Of a stretch of 64,000 nucleotides of DNA, positions 61,726 to 64,000 are shown one piece after another (the stretch's first letter is position 1; each line of letters opens with the position of its first letter). This DNA comes from Podarcis melisellensis. Lineage: Eukaryota. The position numbers and the translations under genes were made by a program. The stretch lies in the NCBI GenBank assembly GCA_964234715.1, contig OZ174278.1; one strand, given 5' to 3'. The notes under the pieces were generated by a model that saw nothing but the letters and a program-made list of their open reading frames with translations, was not told where the DNA came from and ran no database searches.

Positions 61726-64000
61726 TCAGGGTTTTGTTCTGTTTACTGTTATGCAAATGTTGGCCACATTGAAATAAGCATTGTGTAACCACCATTTTTG
61801 AAGTCAGTATGCCTCAGTATATCAGTTTCTGCTATTAAACGTATGGCCTGCTTCCCATAGATATCTGGTGGACCAGTCTGAGAAAAGGATGCTGCACCAC
61901 CTGGGACATGGGCCTGATTCAGCACTCATTTTCTTATTAAACCTGACTCTCAATCAAGAGAATCAGGAGCAGGATCACACAAACAGGATGTCGTTTGCCC
62001 CTAACAAAATCGGTGTATCTCAGTCATTGACATTACTGTTTATGTAAAAGCAGGGAGAAAACCTGCAGACAAAGCATCATGAGATAGATTCCTTTTGCTG
62101 CAAAAGTAGTTTTGCTCCACGTTTTAACACTTAGACATTGTGAGAATAGCAGCCTAGTTTTCTCAGAATAGATTCAGTTTATTTCGGAACTTGATCGTAC
62201 AATATTTAAAAACAATGGAAAGTTAACAGATTTGTTCAATAAATACAATGGAAATTTCCTCACATTACAAACTAATCTAACTCTGTTTTGAATTACCATG
62301 CAAATCAGAACACACAAAACAGACTGTGTGTAGCACTGATCTTCTATTTCTCTCACTCACACATACATGCACGCCAAACCTTATCTTACTTCTCCTAGGA
62401 AAGCAGGGCAGTTTTGACTCAGTCTTCAGTAAAAAGCAGTTTTCTCCCACTATTTGCAAAAGGTATGCCTATCTTTAACTCCTCTATCACTTTTTAAATA
62501 CCAGTTTGATTCAGAGTGATTAGAACGCAGTAAATTCATGGATTTCACTTGTAAGCTTAGGATCACAGCCCTAGACCTCACCCATCTTGGATGAGCTTTC
62601 CTTGGTATTTTTTATGTTCTGGTTTCAAACAAAGCCATACTCATTTAGCAAGGGGTGTGACTGCATACTGGAGCTGGTCTTGTGCGAGGTGAAATACTAT
62701 TTAATCCTGAAAGAATGTGAAATTTTACTTCCCACTTGCCTCCCACAATTTAATTCTCCCCTTAATAAACCCATTTGGAAAGATCAAATGTGAGATCTGC
62801 CTAAAATTGTGCAGTTTATACTTGGTTTTAGTCCCAAATTATGAAAAGGGTTTAATTTGAACCAGGAATTTCCCTTTCAGTGCCTGCATATATAAATTGC
62901 ATTGACATTGCTAATTGTGCCTGACATTGCTAATTGTGCCTTGGTATCTGCTGCTAAAGGAGAAGGTCCCAGGCATGCCAACTCTTATTCCAGAAGGAGA
63001 TACTGGAATAGGTTGGTTCCTACCCAGGGTGGGACAAAAACAGCTTCAGTGCTTAAATTCAGATAGGACTCTCCAGGGCAGAAACCTAGTTGCATTGACA
63101 TCTGGAGCCAGAATCTGGTGAGAGTCATTTTTCTTTGCACCTGCAAGCTGGCTAGGGACTACAGTTAGCATATATAGAGTGCACCTGGAATGAAAAGTGA
63201 GGCTTTTGGATCAGAGAGTTTGGCTACTACAATTCCTGAGCATTGGCAGTCCTCAGACTATGCTCTGGAGACATGTGAAAGCATTGGGGTATTAGTACAC
63301 AAGTCACTACCTACAGTTCTGCCTTCAAACTATTTCCTCTAGAATTTGTAAGAACATTTCTATCCTGCCTTTCCATTATAGAGTGTCCAAGGTAGTCACT
63401 ATATAACTTAAGATCCACAGAATGTTAACACCTGGACTTCTTCCTAATGAACCAATATCATCTATCATGCACGTATAAATGAACTTACTCTAAAATCTAT
63501 GGCTTGAGTATTGCAGCAAAAATATCAAGAAATCAGTGATCATCCAGTCCTGCTAGTATGTCCCCCTCTGAATTCAGTTTGAGACACCTAGACTGCAATA
63601 GTCACAATTTGTGCGTTAGAAGGTGGAGCACAACTATTTCCACAACAGAATGAATCCTGCCTAAGTGCCAGACATGCCATGCTCACTGGCAGGAGGACAA
63701 GCAGAGCCTCCCCCAGAGATCTTAAGGCACAAGTTGGCAGGTGTTAGTGAAGGTGCTTTGGCAAGTACTTGTAATAAATCATACAAGTTTAACAAAAGCA
63801 GTTTCTTATGACTGAACTATTTAGACTGTCTCGAACAACTTTCCAGTATCCTTGAAGGACAGGGGCCTTCTCTGTGGTGGCTCCCAGATTATGGAACACT
63901 CCCTCCCTGTAAAGTTGCATATGTCTCCCATGTTGGCATCATTTTGCTGACAGTTAAAAATATACTGGGTGACAAGGGTTGGCAGTCTGTTATTCCTTGC

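Overview
Eukaryotic vertebrate genomic DNA, most likely from a squamate lizard (Sauria-type SINEs suggest a lacertid). The window holds essentially one gene, BCOR (BCL6 corepressor), on the minus strand. The ATG is at 47416 and the stop at 2350, with 13 coding exons mapped to splice sites. The 14th (the 54-nt exon 5) is probably hidden in the N-gap at 40406-40553. The 3'UTR runs to about 1510, and a roughly 11-kb CpG-rich promoter/first-intron domain lies upstream (about 49-60 kb). Introns carry SINEs, hAT and Tc1/mariner MITEs, L2/CR1 remnants and microsatellites. Three observations stand out. (1) The 5' half of ancestral exon 10 carries two frameshifting insertions and appears intronised, with the frame rescued by a new internal in-frame acceptor. 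(2) A decayed tandem duplicate of exon 11, with an intact acceptor and an in-frame stop, sits in intron 10, whose donor is GC. (3) Intron 11 holds two tandem perfect hairpins built from a Penelope-like terminal unit that contains a minimal hammerhead ribozyme core. Exon numbering and human comparisons are from recalled human BCOR sequence; no database search was run.
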